A stretch of DNA of 63,862 nucleotides, counting the filler, from an uncultured bacterium (GTDB lineage Bacteria > CAYJRR01), in the NCBI GenBank assembly GCA_964372275.1. It is 8 parts of 8 records of this genome, joined end to end, with 100 filler letters (N's around TTAATTAATTAA, not from the genome) between each part and the next. Parts side by side here need not be neighbours in the genome. Positions count along the whole stretch, not along the records: positions 34,442 to 42,713 come from CAYJRR010000167.1; positions 42,814 to 51,027 come from CAYJRR010000168.1; positions 51,128 to 59,197 come from CAYJRR010000169.1; 5 more parts are not named here. One strand, 5' to 3'. The notes beneath the pieces are model-generated. The model was not told where the DNA came from. It worked only from the letters and a program-made list of their open reading frames with translations, and did no database searches. Shown here piece by piece: positions 40,823 through 51,960 of this stretch; within the stretch, counting starts at the first letter, position 1, and each line of letters begins with the position of its first letter. The position numbers were made by a program, and so were the translations under genes.

Positions 40823-42712
<1,890 letters not shown>

Positions 42713-42814
42713 CNNNNNNNNNNNNNNNNNNNNNNNNNNNNNNNNNNNNNNNNNNNNTTAATTAATTAANNNNNNNNNNNNNNNNNNNNNNNNNNNNNNN
42801 NNNNNNNNNNNNNG

Positions 42815-43056
42815 ACGCCGACGGCGAACGCGAGAACGCCTCCAAGGCCCGCCAGCGCGAGATCGACTTCGTCACCTGCGAGATCCGCAAGCAGCTTCCG
42901 CTCCTCACCGAGAAGACGACGCTCGCGACCGAGAAGGTGGAGAAGCTCGACGCGCTGATCAGCCGCCACTGCTCCGCCGACGAGGAGAAGCCGGCCGAGG
43001 AGCCGGAGTCGGACGAATCCGACTCGACCGTCGAGTCCGAGAGCGCCGGCGAGTAG
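42815..43056 (+). CDS. 3' end of a hypothetical protein
   Basis: Open frame with an acidic tail ending TAG at 43054-43056. Confidence 0.5.
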
Positions 43057-43134
43057 CCGCCTCGCACGTCGACGCGAGCGGACGTGGCCGGGCCTTCCGA
43101 CGTACGGCCCCTCCGCGCTACCCTTCGCCACCCG

Positions 43135-44142
43135 ATGAACCGTCCGGTCGATTCCGCCTTCGTCCTGGCGCGTGCGCGCCGCGTGCTCGACCTCGAGTCG
43201 CGTTCGGTCGCCGCGCTCGCGGAGCGCCTCGACGCCGGATTCGTCCGCGCGGTGGAGCTGGTGCTCGCGGCGAAAGGGAAGGTGGTCGTCACCGGGATGG
43301 GGAAGAGCGGCCACGTCTGCCGGAAGATCGCCGCGACGTTGGCCTCCACCGGATCGCCGGCGTTGTTCCTCCATCCCGGGGAGGGGGCGCACGGCGATCT
43401 CGGTGTCGTCGCCGCGAGCGATGTGGTGATCGCCGTCAGCCAGTCCGGGGAGACCGAGGAGCTCTGCCGCATCCTCCCGTCGCTCAAGCGCCTCGGCGTT
43501 CCGGTGATCGCCATGACCGGGCGGCCGGGAAGCCAACTCGGGACGGCGGGGGAGGTCTGCCTCGACGTCTCGGTCGCCGAGGAGGCGTGCGCGCTCGGGT
43601 TGGCCCCGACCTCCTCGACCACGGCGACGTTGGCGATGGGGGACGCGCTCGCCGTCGCCGTGCTCGAGGCGCGCGGATTCAAGGCCGAGGAGTTCGCCGC
43701 CAACCACCCCGGCGGCGCGCTCGGGCGGCGGCTCCTTCTTCGGGTCGAGGACGTGATGCACAGCGGCTCCGCCGTCCCGATCGTCGGAGAGGAGGTGCCG
43801 CTGGCCGACGCCATCGTCGAGATCTCCTCGAAGAGGCTCGGCGTGGCCGGCGTCGTCGATGCCTCCGGCCGGCTTGTCGGCGTCTTCACCGACGGCGATC
43901 TCCGGCGCGCCGTCCAGGCGCCGCGCCCGGAGGCCTGGGACGCCGGATTCCTCCGCGATCCGATCGGCCGGCGGATGTCGCGCTCCCCGAAACGGATCGA
44001 GCGGCAGCGGCTCGCCGTCGACGCGCTCCGGCGTATGGAGCAGCACCAGATCACCGCGCTGTTCGTCGTGGATCGGGACGGCGATGACCGGCCGGTCGGA
44101 ATCGTCCACCTGCACGACCTGATCAAGGCGGGTCTGTCGTGA
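43135..44142 (+). CDS. kdsD: Arabinose-5-phosphate isomerase (KpsF/GutQ)
   Basis: GMGKSGH, HGDLG, APTSSTT, HPGGALG, CBS pair. Confidence 0.95.
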   Translation: MNRPVDSAFVLARARRVLDLESRSVAALAERLDAGFVRAVELVLAAKGKVVVTGMGKSGHVCRKIAATLASTGSPALFLHPGEGAHGDLGVVAASDVVIAVSQSGETEELCRILPSLKRLGVPVIAMTGRPGSQLGTAGEVCLDVSVAEEACALGLAPTSSTTATLAMGDALAVAVLEARGFKAEEFAANHPGGALGRRLLLRVEDVMHSGSAVPIVGEEVPLADAIVEISSKRLGVAGVVDASGRLVGVFTDGDLRRAVQAPRPEAWDAGFLRDPIGRRMSRSPKRIERQRLAVDALRRMEQHQITALFVVDRDGDDRPVGIVHLHDLIKAGLS

Positions 44143-44702
44143 ACGCGGCCCGCCGCCGGGCTCCCCGCGGAGCGAGGGCCGCCGTGCGCCCACGGCCGGC
44201 CTCCGGCGACCTGCTCGCTCGCGCGCGCCGGGTGCGGTTGGCGGCGTTCGACGTCGACGGCGTCCTGACCGACGGAACGGTCTGGATCGGCGCCGACGGC
44301 GGCGTCGCGAAGCGTTTTTCGATCCGCGACGGCGCCGCGCTGGTCCGTCTCGGACCGGCCGGGATCGAGACGGCGTTCGTCACCGGCCGCGACGATCCCG
44401 CCACCGCCGCCCGGGCGCGCGACCTGCGCATCGACCATCTTCGGGAAGGTGTGCGCGACAAGCTCCGCGCGATGCGCGCGCTCGCCGCCGAGCGCGGATG
44501 TACGCTCGCGGAGGTCGCCTTCATGGGGGACGACCTGATCGACCTGGAGACGATGCGCGCCGTCGGTCTGGGTGCGGCCCCGGCCGACGGCGCGGCGGAG
44601 GCGAAGGCGGCGGCGCGCTTCGTGTCGCGGTTCGGCGGAGGCGCGGGGGCGGTGAGGGAGTTGTGCGAGCTGTTGCTCAAGGCGCGCGGCGCGTGGCCCT
44701 AG
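44139..44702 (+). CDS. kdsC: KDO-8-phosphate phosphatase
   Basis: FDVDGVLTDG, MGDDLID, GGAGAVRELCE. Confidence 0.93.
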   Translation: MNAARRRAPRGARAAVRPRPASGDLLARARRVRLAAFDVDGVLTDGTVWIGADGGVAKRFSIRDGAALVRLGPAGIETAFVTGRDDPATAARARDLRIDHLREGVRDKLRAMRALAAERGCTLAEVAFMGDDLIDLETMRAVGLGAAPADGAAEAKAAARFVSRFGGGAGAVRELCELLLKARGAWP

Positions 44703-45643
44703 TCGAGAGCGGAGCCGTCGTCGTTCGCCCGGGAAAGCCGGCGAGCCGGCGACGCCGGCCGTGGACGAGGCGCGCCTACAAGGCAATCGTCGGCGCCGTC
44801 GCCGTGACGTTCGCCGCGCTGGTGAGGCTCCTTCCCCCCCGGCTTGCCGCCCGAATCGGCGCGGCGGTCGGAATCCTGGGATTCCATCTCGCCGGCACCG
44901 CGCGCCGCGTGGCCCTCGAGAGTCTCGGGATCGCCTTTCCCGACCGCCCTCCGCACGAGCGCCGCCGGATCGCGCGGGCGTCGTTCGCCACGGTCGGCGC
45001 GTCGGCCCTGGAGTGGATCTCGGCATCGCGCCGGCCGGCGCACGTCGACCGCGCGGTGTCGGTGGAGGGGCTCGAGCACCTGGAGGCGGCGCGCGCGCGC
45101 GGCAACGGGGTCCTGTGGATCACGGCCCACGCCGGCTGCTGGGAGCTGATGGGGGCGGCGATCGCGAGGCGTGGGTTCCCTTGCGCGGTGATCGCGACGA
45201 CGGTCCGGTACGCGGCGGTCAACCGGTGGTCGATCGACGCGCGCGGCCGTCACGGCGTCCGCACCGTCGAGCGCGACAGTCCGGGCTCGGCGCGGGAGCT
45301 GTTGCGGGTCTTCAAGCGCAACGAGCTGGTCGGGATCCTCCTCGACCACGACACCAAGGTCGACAGCGTCCAGGTCGACTTCTTCGGCCGGAAGGCCTGG
45401 ACGGCGGTCGGACCGGCCGAGCTCGCGATCCGGCTGGCGGTCCCGGCGGTCACCGCCTTCGTCGAGCGGCGACCCGACGGGACGCACCTCGTCCGCATCG
45501 GCCCGCCGATCGTCCCGCCCGAGGCGGTGGACGACGCGGCGCGCGCCGCGCGCGATCTGACGCAGGCCTACACCGCGCGCATCGAAGACCACGTCCGCGC
45601 CCGGCCCGAAAACTGGGCCTGGATGCACCGCCGCTGGACGTGA
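44693..45643 (+). CDS. Lipid A late acyltransferase (LpxL/HtrB family)
   Basis: TAHAGCWE, LLDHD, VDFFG, PENWAWMHRRW. Confidence 0.9.
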   Translation: MALVESGAVVVRPGKPASRRRRPWTRRAYKAIVGAVAVTFAALVRLLPPRLAARIGAAVGILGFHLAGTARRVALESLGIAFPDRPPHERRRIARASFATVGASALEWISASRRPAHVDRAVSVEGLEHLEAARARGNGVLWITAHAGCWELMGAAIARRGFPCAVIATTVRYAAVNRWSIDARGRHGVRTVERDSPGSARELLRVFKRNELVGILLDHDTKVDSVQVDFFGRKAWTAVGPAELAIRLAVPAVTAFVERRPDGTHLVRIGPPIVPPEAVDDAARAARDLTQAYTARIEDHVRARPENWAWMHRRWT

Positions 45644-45667
45644 CGGTTCGCGTGGCCGCGGTCCCCC

Positions 45668-46570
45668 CTAGCGCGGACGGCCGGCGCCGGGGCGGCGTCC
45701 GGCGGCTCCGGACGGAACGGAGCCCGAGGTCTGCGCGTGGCGCGCGACGTCCGATCCGCCGGCCGGTCGGCCCTCGCTCAGCGAGAGGATCTCCTTGTCG
45801 TCGAGCGGAAGCGGTCCGGAGACCATCGTCGCGCGCAGGATCGGCTCGCCGCCGATCGGCTCGGTTCCGAACTTCCCTTCGATCCACAACACGACGCCGT
45901 CGCGCGACGGGAGCGAATCGCCGCCGACGAGCAGGGTGTTCCCCTCCGAGATCAGCCATCCGCGCTGGCCGTTCATCCCGGCGGACAGCTCCCGGTAGAG
46001 CCCGCGGAACAGCATCGGCGAGGAGGCGGTGCCGGTGAACTGCGCGTTGCACCGGCAGCGCGGCTGGCGCACCGCTCCGCGGACCGTCACCAGGCTGCCG
46101 ACCATGCGCGCCAGGCGCGCGCGCAGCGTGCCGTTGGCGATGTCGTACTGCGTGCCGTCGAGGTCCTTCAGCATCACCCGCGGCTCGCACCGCCCGCCGG
46201 GCGGGCAGTGGACCGACACCTCGCGCACGACGGTCGCCGTGAGGAAGTCGTGGGATCGGCCGGGCGCGAAGCCGGTCACCCGGATCGAACGGCTGTCGGT
46301 CGTGCCGTGGACGGTGATCACCGACCCCTCGAAGGCCTCCAGGTCGTCGAGCAGCCCGCCGTGGAGCTTCTTCGAGCCATCGCCGGTGTCGAGGTAGAGG
46401 AACGCGGGGCAGGGGGACTTGGCGCAGATCACCCGTTCGAGCCGCACCCGACCCGTTTCGACCGTCGGGACGGCGCGCGGATCGCCGCCGATCCGGGGCA
46501 CGCGGTGGGGCTGCGCCGACGCGAGCGCCGGCAGGGCGAAGAGGGTGATCACAAGGACGAACGTGCGCAT
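45668..46570 (-). CDS. Secreted hypothetical protein with Cys pairs
   Basis: GAGG RBS, signal peptide ASA/Q, ICAKSPCP, CPPGGRC, CRC. Confidence 0.75.
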   Translation of the reverse strand: MRTFVLVITLFALPALASAQPHRVPRIGGDPRAVPTVETGRVRLERVICAKSPCPAFLYLDTGDGSKKLHGGLLDDLEAFEGSVITVHGTTDSRSIRVTGFAPGRSHDFLTATVVREVSVHCPPGGRCEPRVMLKDLDGTQYDIANGTLRARLARMVGSLVTVRGAVRQPRCRCNAQFTGTASSPMLFRGLYRELSAGMNGQRGWLISEGNTLLVGGDSLPSRDGVVLWIEGKFGTEPIGGEPILRATMVSGPLPLDDKEILSLSEGRPAGGSDVARHAQTSGSVPSGAAGRRPGAGRPR

Positions 46571-46605
46571 GGGGATCCTCGATTCCGACGGTCGCGGCGC
46601 CGGTC

Positions 46606-46621
46606 AGCAATCGACGTGCCC
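46606..46621 (-). promoter_or_regulatory. Putative sigma54 promoter
   Basis: GGGCAC-GTCGA-TTGCT upstream of 45668-46570. Confidence 0.6.
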
Positions 46622-46756
46622 GCGGCGCGCGGGCGGAAAGACCAATTGACTCGCGTGTCAACCGGCGGTCGGGGCGCGGCGTGGGACCGCGCTGTCCGAC
46701 TACGGCGTGTCTCACGCGGCGCGTCAGCGGTCCCCGCATGCTAGAACGTGCCTTCG

Positions 46757-47839
46757 ATGGAAGGCCGCGCCCTCCGGATCCTGCTCGGGCTGCTCGCCCT
46801 CACGATCCTCCTTCTCTGGGCGGTCCGTCCGAAGCGCCCCAAAGTGGCCGAAGTGGAGCTCGCGCTCCTCTCCCCGGGGGTCGACGCCCGGGTCGATGGA
46901 GTAACCCTCTTCCAGTCGAGCCCGCAGGGGGACCTCACCCTTCGCGCGCGCGAGGCCGATTGGACCCGCGCGCAGGAGACGTTTCGTCTGATCGACGTCG
47001 ACCTCCGCTTCCTGTCGTCCGGCACGTCGGGGGCCGCCGCGCCGTTCGGCGGGCGGATCGTCGGCGAGCGCGGCTCGGTCCGGACCCCAAAGGCGGGCGC
47101 CGGTCCCTCCGCGCCGGGGGTCGACGGCCGCGAGTTCGAGCTCGCGGGGAGGGTGGTCGCCGAGACGTTCGACGGCTATCGCCTCGAGACCTCCGACGTG
47201 CGCTACCGGCACGACACGCGCCAGGCCGAGACGGAGGCCGCGGTCGTCCTCGACGGCCCCGGGCTGCACGTCACCGGGAAGGGGGCTCGGCTCGACTACG
47301 GCACGCAGGCGGTCGAGGTCGGCGGGCGCGTCGAGGCGCGGTTGGTGCCGGCGATCCTCGAGCAGGCGGAATCGCCTCCGGGTGAACCGATCCCGGGGAC
47401 GAAGCCCGAGGAGCTCCGGCCGATCGACGTCGACGCCGATCAGTTCGAGCTTTCGGGCCGCGACACGCGCGGCGTCTTCCGCGGAAACGTCGTCGCCCGG
47501 CAGGGGGACGTGACGATCCGCGCCACGGCCGTCGACGCGACCTACTCGCAGAAGGCCAACGCCATCGTGCAGGCGGTGGCGACCGGCGAGGTCACCGTCA
47601 CCTCCGGCGCCAAGGTGGGAAAGTCGGAGCGCGCCGAATTCGACAACGGCCGGCGCACCGTCGTCCTTTCGGGGGAGCCTCGTTTGTGGGAAGAAGGGAC
47701 GGTCCTCGAGGGTCGGGAGATCGTCTTCCACGTCGACGACGGCCGGGTCGAGTGCTTCGATTGCAGCATCGACGTCGACCCGGAGCGGATCCAGGAGATG
47801 CAGACGAATGGAACGGCCACGCCGCCTCCAAGCCGCTGA
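46757..47839 (+). CDS. LptC-LptA fusion protein
   Basis: N-terminal TM plus LptC jellyroll (LETSDVRY, VTGKG), Pro-rich linker, then LptA/OstA domain (PIDVDAD, FRGNVVARQG, ATGEV, VLSGEPRL, LEGREI). Confidence 0.85.
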   Translation: MEGRALRILLGLLALTILLLWAVRPKRPKVAEVELALLSPGVDARVDGVTLFQSSPQGDLTLRAREADWTRAQETFRLIDVDLRFLSSGTSGAAAPFGGRIVGERGSVRTPKAGAGPSAPGVDGREFELAGRVVAETFDGYRLETSDVRYRHDTRQAETEAAVVLDGPGLHVTGKGARLDYGTQAVEVGGRVEARLVPAILEQAESPPGEPIPGTKPEELRPIDVDADQFELSGRDTRGVFRGNVVARQGDVTIRATAVDATYSQKANAIVQAVATGEVTVTSGAKVGKSERAEFDNGRRTVVLSGEPRLWEEGTVLEGREIVFHVDDGRVECFDCSIDVDPERIQEMQTNGTATPPPSR

Positions 47840-48539
47840 GCTGCGAAAAGCGTTCAAGGGGCGCACCGTCGTCGACGGTGTCACCTTCGAGATCGCGTCG
47901 GGCGAGGTGGTCGGGCTCCTCGGACCGAACGGCGCCGGGAAGACGACCTCCTTCTACATGGTGGTGGGGCTCCTCAAGCCGGATGCCGGGCAGGTGCTGT
48001 TCGACGGGACCGACATCACGGCGCTGCCGATGTACAAGCGGGCCCGGCGGGGGATCGCCTACCTCGCGCAGGAGGCGTCGGTCTTCCGGAAGCTCTCGGT
48101 CGAGGAGAACATCCTCGCCATCCTCCAGGCGCAGGGTCTGTCGGCCAAGGACCGCCGCGCGCGCCTGGAGGAACTGCTGGAGAGCCTGGGGATCGCCCAC
48201 CTCCGCACGCGCGCGGCCTACATGCTCTCCGGAGGGGAGCGCCGCCGCGTGGAGATCGCGCGCTGCCTCGTGCTTCGGCCGGCGTTCATCCTCCTCGACG
48301 AGCCGTTCGCCGGTCTCGACCCGATCGCGGTGCAGGAGATCCAGAAGCTGATCCGGGGGGTCACCGCCCAGGGGATCGGAGTGCTGATCACCGATCATAA
48401 CGTCCGGGAAACGTTGGACATTTGTGATCGTGGCTACGTGCTGTTCGGCGGAAAGATCCGGATCTCGGGGGACAAAGAGGCGATCTACGCCTCCCGGGAG
48501 GCCCGGGAGCAGTACCTCGGAGAGAGCTTCCGCGCCTAG
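47808..48539 (+). CDS. lptB: LPS export ABC transporter ATPase
   Basis: GLLGPNGAGKTTSF, YLAQEASVFR, LSGGERRRVEIAR, ITDHNVRETL, YLGESF. Confidence 0.97.
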   Translation: MERPRRLQAAELRKAFKGRTVVDGVTFEIASGEVVGLLGPNGAGKTTSFYMVVGLLKPDAGQVLFDGTDITALPMYKRARRGIAYLAQEASVFRKLSVEENILAILQAQGLSAKDRRARLEELLESLGIAHLRTRAAYMLSGGERRRVEIARCLVLRPAFILLDEPFAGLDPIAVQEIQKLIRGVTAQGIGVLITDHNVRETLDICDRGYVLFGGKIRISGDKEAIYASREAREQYLGESFRA

Positions 48540-48586
48540 GATCCACTCTTCCGTAGACACATGATTTTCATGGCAATTTCCTATTT

Positions 48587-48630
48587 CGGCACCGATGTTG
48601 CTTTACCGGTCGTCCGGGGTTCCCTATACT
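48587..48630 (+). promoter_or_regulatory. Overlapping sigma54 site and sigma70 promoter upstream of rpoN
   Basis: CGGCAC-CGATG-TTGCT (48587-48602) overlaps TTTACC-N17-TATACT (48602-48630). Confidence 0.6.
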
Positions 48631-48688
48631 GACTCGTGCCACTCTTGGTTGGCCGCCCGAGGCGGGCGGTCGCGGGCACGACCTGTCG

Positions 48689-50161
48689 ATGGCGCTCGAG
48701 CTCAAGCAATCGTTAAAGCTCTCGCAGCAGCTGGTGATGACCCCCCAGCTGCAGCAGGCGATCAAGCTGCTCCAGCTCTCCCGCGCCGAGCTCTCGGACG
48801 TGCTCGCCCAGGAGATGATCGAAAACCCGGTGCTCGAGGACGTGATCGACGTCGGCCGCGATCGCGAGGCGGGCAAGCTGACCGAGACCGCCCCCGAGGC
48901 GAGCGGCGTCGACGGCCCGTCGATGGAGACCGCCTCGGCCAAGGAGAAGGTCGACATCGAGAACGCGACCTCCGCCGACTGGGAGCAGTACCTCGGCACC
49001 TACGGCTCGACCGGTGGGATCGCCGGCGGTTCGCGCGACTTCTCCTCGGAGGAACTCCCCTCGTACGAGGCGACCCTCTCCAAGAAGTCGAACCTGCAGG
49101 ACCACCTGATGTGGCAGCTCCGGCTCTCCTCCTTTTCGAAGCAGGAGGAGGCGGTCGGCGCGTTGATCATCGGCAACCTCGACGACGACGGCTACCTCCA
49201 GGACACGTTGGAGGACCTCGCCAAGCGCGAAGGGGTCGAGCTCTCCTTCGCCGAGCGGGTGCTCAAGCGCCTGCAGGAGTTCGATCCGATCGGCGTGGCC
49301 GCCCGCAACCTGCAGGAGTGCCTCTCCCTCCAGGTGAAGCACCTCGCCGGCGACTACGACTTCGACGTCATCGAATCGATGATCGAGAAGCACATCGGGA
49401 ACCTGGAGCGGAAGAACTACCCGGCGATCGCCAAGGACCTCGGCATCACCCTCGAGGAGGTCCATCAGGCGGCGAAGGTGATCTCGGAGCTGGAGCCGAA
49501 ACCGGGGCGCCCCTTCTCGACCGAGGAGCCGCGCTACATCACCCCGGACATCTACGTGCACAAGATCGGCGACGACTTCGTCATCGTCCTGAACGACGAC
49601 GGTCTGCCGAAGCTCAAGATCTCCAACTTCTACAAGAACGTCCTGGCGAAGGAGGGGACGACGGCCCAGACCAAGGGCTACGTCCAGGACAAGCTGAAGA
49701 GCGCCATCTGGCTCATCAAGTCGATCCAGCAGCGCCAGCGAACGATCTACCGGGTGACCGAGTCGATCGTGAAGTTCCAGAAGGAGTTCTTCGACAAGGG
49801 GATCGCCTACCTGAAGCCCATGGTCCTGCGCGACGTCGCCGAGGACATCGGGATGCACGAGTCGACGATCTCGCGCGTTACCTCGAACAAATACGTGCAT
49901 TGTCCCCAGGGGATCCTGGAGCTGAAGTTCTTCTTCAATTCGGGGATCAACCGCGTCGACGGCGACGCGCTGGCATCGGAAGCGGTGAAGAACAAGATCA
50001 AACAACTCGTGGCAGCCGAGAACGCGAAGCGGCCGCTGTCCGATCAGCGGATCGTGGAGCTGCTGAAGGAGGCGAACATCGACATCGCCCGACGCACCGT
50101 CGCGAAATACCGCGACATGCTCGGGATTCTATCGAGCAGCAAGCGCAAGCGGCTGCTCTAG
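48689..50161 (+). CDS. rpoN: RNA polymerase sigma-54 factor
   Basis: MTPQLQQAIKLLQL, HESTISR, RpoN box ARRTVAKYR. Confidence 0.98.
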   Translation: MALELKQSLKLSQQLVMTPQLQQAIKLLQLSRAELSDVLAQEMIENPVLEDVIDVGRDREAGKLTETAPEASGVDGPSMETASAKEKVDIENATSADWEQYLGTYGSTGGIAGGSRDFSSEELPSYEATLSKKSNLQDHLMWQLRLSSFSKQEEAVGALIIGNLDDDGYLQDTLEDLAKREGVELSFAERVLKRLQEFDPIGVAARNLQECLSLQVKHLAGDYDFDVIESMIEKHIGNLERKNYPAIAKDLGITLEEVHQAAKVISELEPKPGRPFSTEEPRYITPDIYVHKIGDDFVIVLNDDGLPKLKISNFYKNVLAKEGTTAQTKGYVQDKLKSAIWLIKSIQQRQRTIYRVTESIVKFQKEFFDKGIAYLKPMVLRDVAEDIGMHESTISRVTSNKYVHCPQGILELKFFFNSGINRVDGDALASEAVKNKIKQLVAAENAKRPLSDQRIVELLKEANIDIARRTVAKYRDMLGILSSSKRKRLL

Positions 50162-50181
50162 CCATGGGAGGTCGCACAGGT

Positions 50182-50994
50182 ATGAAGGTCACCGTCACGT
50201 TCCGTCACCTGGACCCCACCCCCGCCCTCAAGACCTACGCCATCGAGAAGCTCGGGCACGTCGAGAAGCTGCTGACGAAGCCGGAGCAGGGGCACTGGAT
50301 CCTTTCCGTGGAGAAGAAGCGCCACACCGCCGAGCTCGCCGCGGTCGCGAACGGCGAGAAGTTCGTGGCGAAGGAGACCGGCGAGGACCTCTACGCCGCG
50401 ATCGACCTGGTCATCGGCAAGGTTGCGGCCCAGGCGCGCAAGCGCAAAGGGAAGCGCAAGAATCACAAGGCGGCGAAACGCGGCGTTGACAATTCGGTGA
50501 GGCGCGCCGCAGACGTGCGGATGAGCTCGCTCGCGGCGCGCGGCGCCCGCCTTGCCGACGGTCCGGAGATCGTGCGCACCGAGACGGTCAAGCCGCCGGT
50601 CTACGGACCGGAGGAGGCGATCGCCGCCCTGGAGGTGTCCGGGAAGGAGTTCCTGGTCTACGTCTCCCGAGACCAACACGTGGTGAACATCGCCTACCGC
50701 CGCGACGACGGCTTCTTCGGCGTGATCCAGCCGGAGGTGCCGGGCAACGGCAACGGGAACGGACAGGTGCCGTTCCACTTCGACGTCTGGGCCCGCGACG
50801 AAGACGGCGCCCACCACGCCGCGCGCCGCATCCGCCAGCGCGAAGTCCCGGTGAAGACGATGACGGTGCAGGAGTCGGTCGCGGAGATGAACCGGTCGCG
50901 CAACCACTTCTGGGTCTACGCCGACCGGGCGAGACACGGCGTCAACGTGGTTTATCGCACCCGCGGGGGCGAATACGGCCTGATCGAGACGTAA
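50182..50994 (+). CDS. hpf: Ribosome hibernation promoting factor with two tandem C-terminal (S30AE_C) domains
   Basis: VTFRHL..TPALKTY...DLYAAID N-domain, then two copies of the EEA...F.VY...VN.(A/V)YR...G.(F/Y)G.I motif. Confidence 0.9.
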   Translation: MKVTVTFRHLDPTPALKTYAIEKLGHVEKLLTKPEQGHWILSVEKKRHTAELAAVANGEKFVAKETGEDLYAAIDLVIGKVAAQARKRKGKRKNHKAAKRGVDNSVRRAADVRMSSLAARGARLADGPEIVRTETVKPPVYGPEEAIAALEVSGKEFLVYVSRDQHVVNIAYRRDDGFFGVIQPEVPGNGNGNGQVPFHFDVWARDEDGAHHAARRIRQREVPVKTMTVQESVAEMNRSRNHFWVYADRARHGVNVVYRTRGGEYGLIET

Positions 50995-51127
50995 GACCCG
51001 CCCCGCGTCGAACCGGACGGCCGGCCCNNNNNNNNNNNNNNNNNNNNNNNNNNNNNNNNNNNNNNNNNNNNTTAATTAATTAANNNNNNNNNNNNNNNNN
51101 NNNNNNNNNNNNNNNNNNNNNNNNNNN

Positions 51128-51943
51128 GTCGCGGATGTGGATCGCGTTCTGGATCGCCCAGGACGCCTGGCCGGCGAAGACCTCCAGCACTTCCAGATCG
51201 CCGGGGCCGAAGAGGTTCGCGACCCGGTCGTTGCCGAGGTAGAGGCAGCCGAGCAGCGTCCCGTGTGCGATCAGCGGCACGCAGAGCACCGACGAGAGCT
51301 TCAGGTCGATGACGCTCTTGCTCCGGCCGAAGATCGTGTCGTTGAGCGCGTCGGAGACGAGCACCGCCTCGCGGCGCTCGGTGGTGCGCCGCACGATCGA
51401 ATCGGAGAGCTGGGCGTCGGCCTCCAGCGGCCGGCCGTTCGACGCCGCCCCGCGGGCCAGCGTGACCCTGGGCTCGCCGTTCTCGAGCAGGATCACGAAC
51501 CCCTTGTCGGCGCGCAACAGCTCGATCAGGTCGTCGAGCAGGGCGGGCAGGAGGTCGTCGACGTCGTGTTTCTCGGCGCAGCGCTGGCTGAACTGGTGCA
51601 GGCGACGGTAGCCGGCCAGGAGCCAGGGGCGACGATCCTCCCCGATCGGCTGCAACGCCGGCTTCGGAGGTGGTTCGACCGAGTAGTGGAACTCGATCGC
51701 GCCGAGGGTCACGACGTCGCCGGCGGTGAGCCGGTAACGCCCGCGTTTCTTGCCGTTGACCAGCACCGTCCCCTCGACGCCGGCGATGACGTAGCCGTCC
51801 CCTTCGACCAACAGGTGGGCGTGGGCCGGAAGGACCCCGTTCCCGTCGATGCGCAGGTCGCTGGTCGGAGCCGATCCGATCGTCGTCAGCTTGCGGGTGA
51901 TCGGGATCGCGACCTGGTCGGCCTTCCGGATGAGAACCGGCAT
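51128..51943 (-). CDS. FHA-GAF protein, probably the N-terminus of a sigma54-dependent activator (3' truncated)
   Basis: TIGS...HAHL...VNG...LTAGDVVTLG FHA; SVLCVPL...GCLYL GAF. Confidence 0.8.
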
Positions 51944-51960
51944 CGGTCCCGTTATACCGC

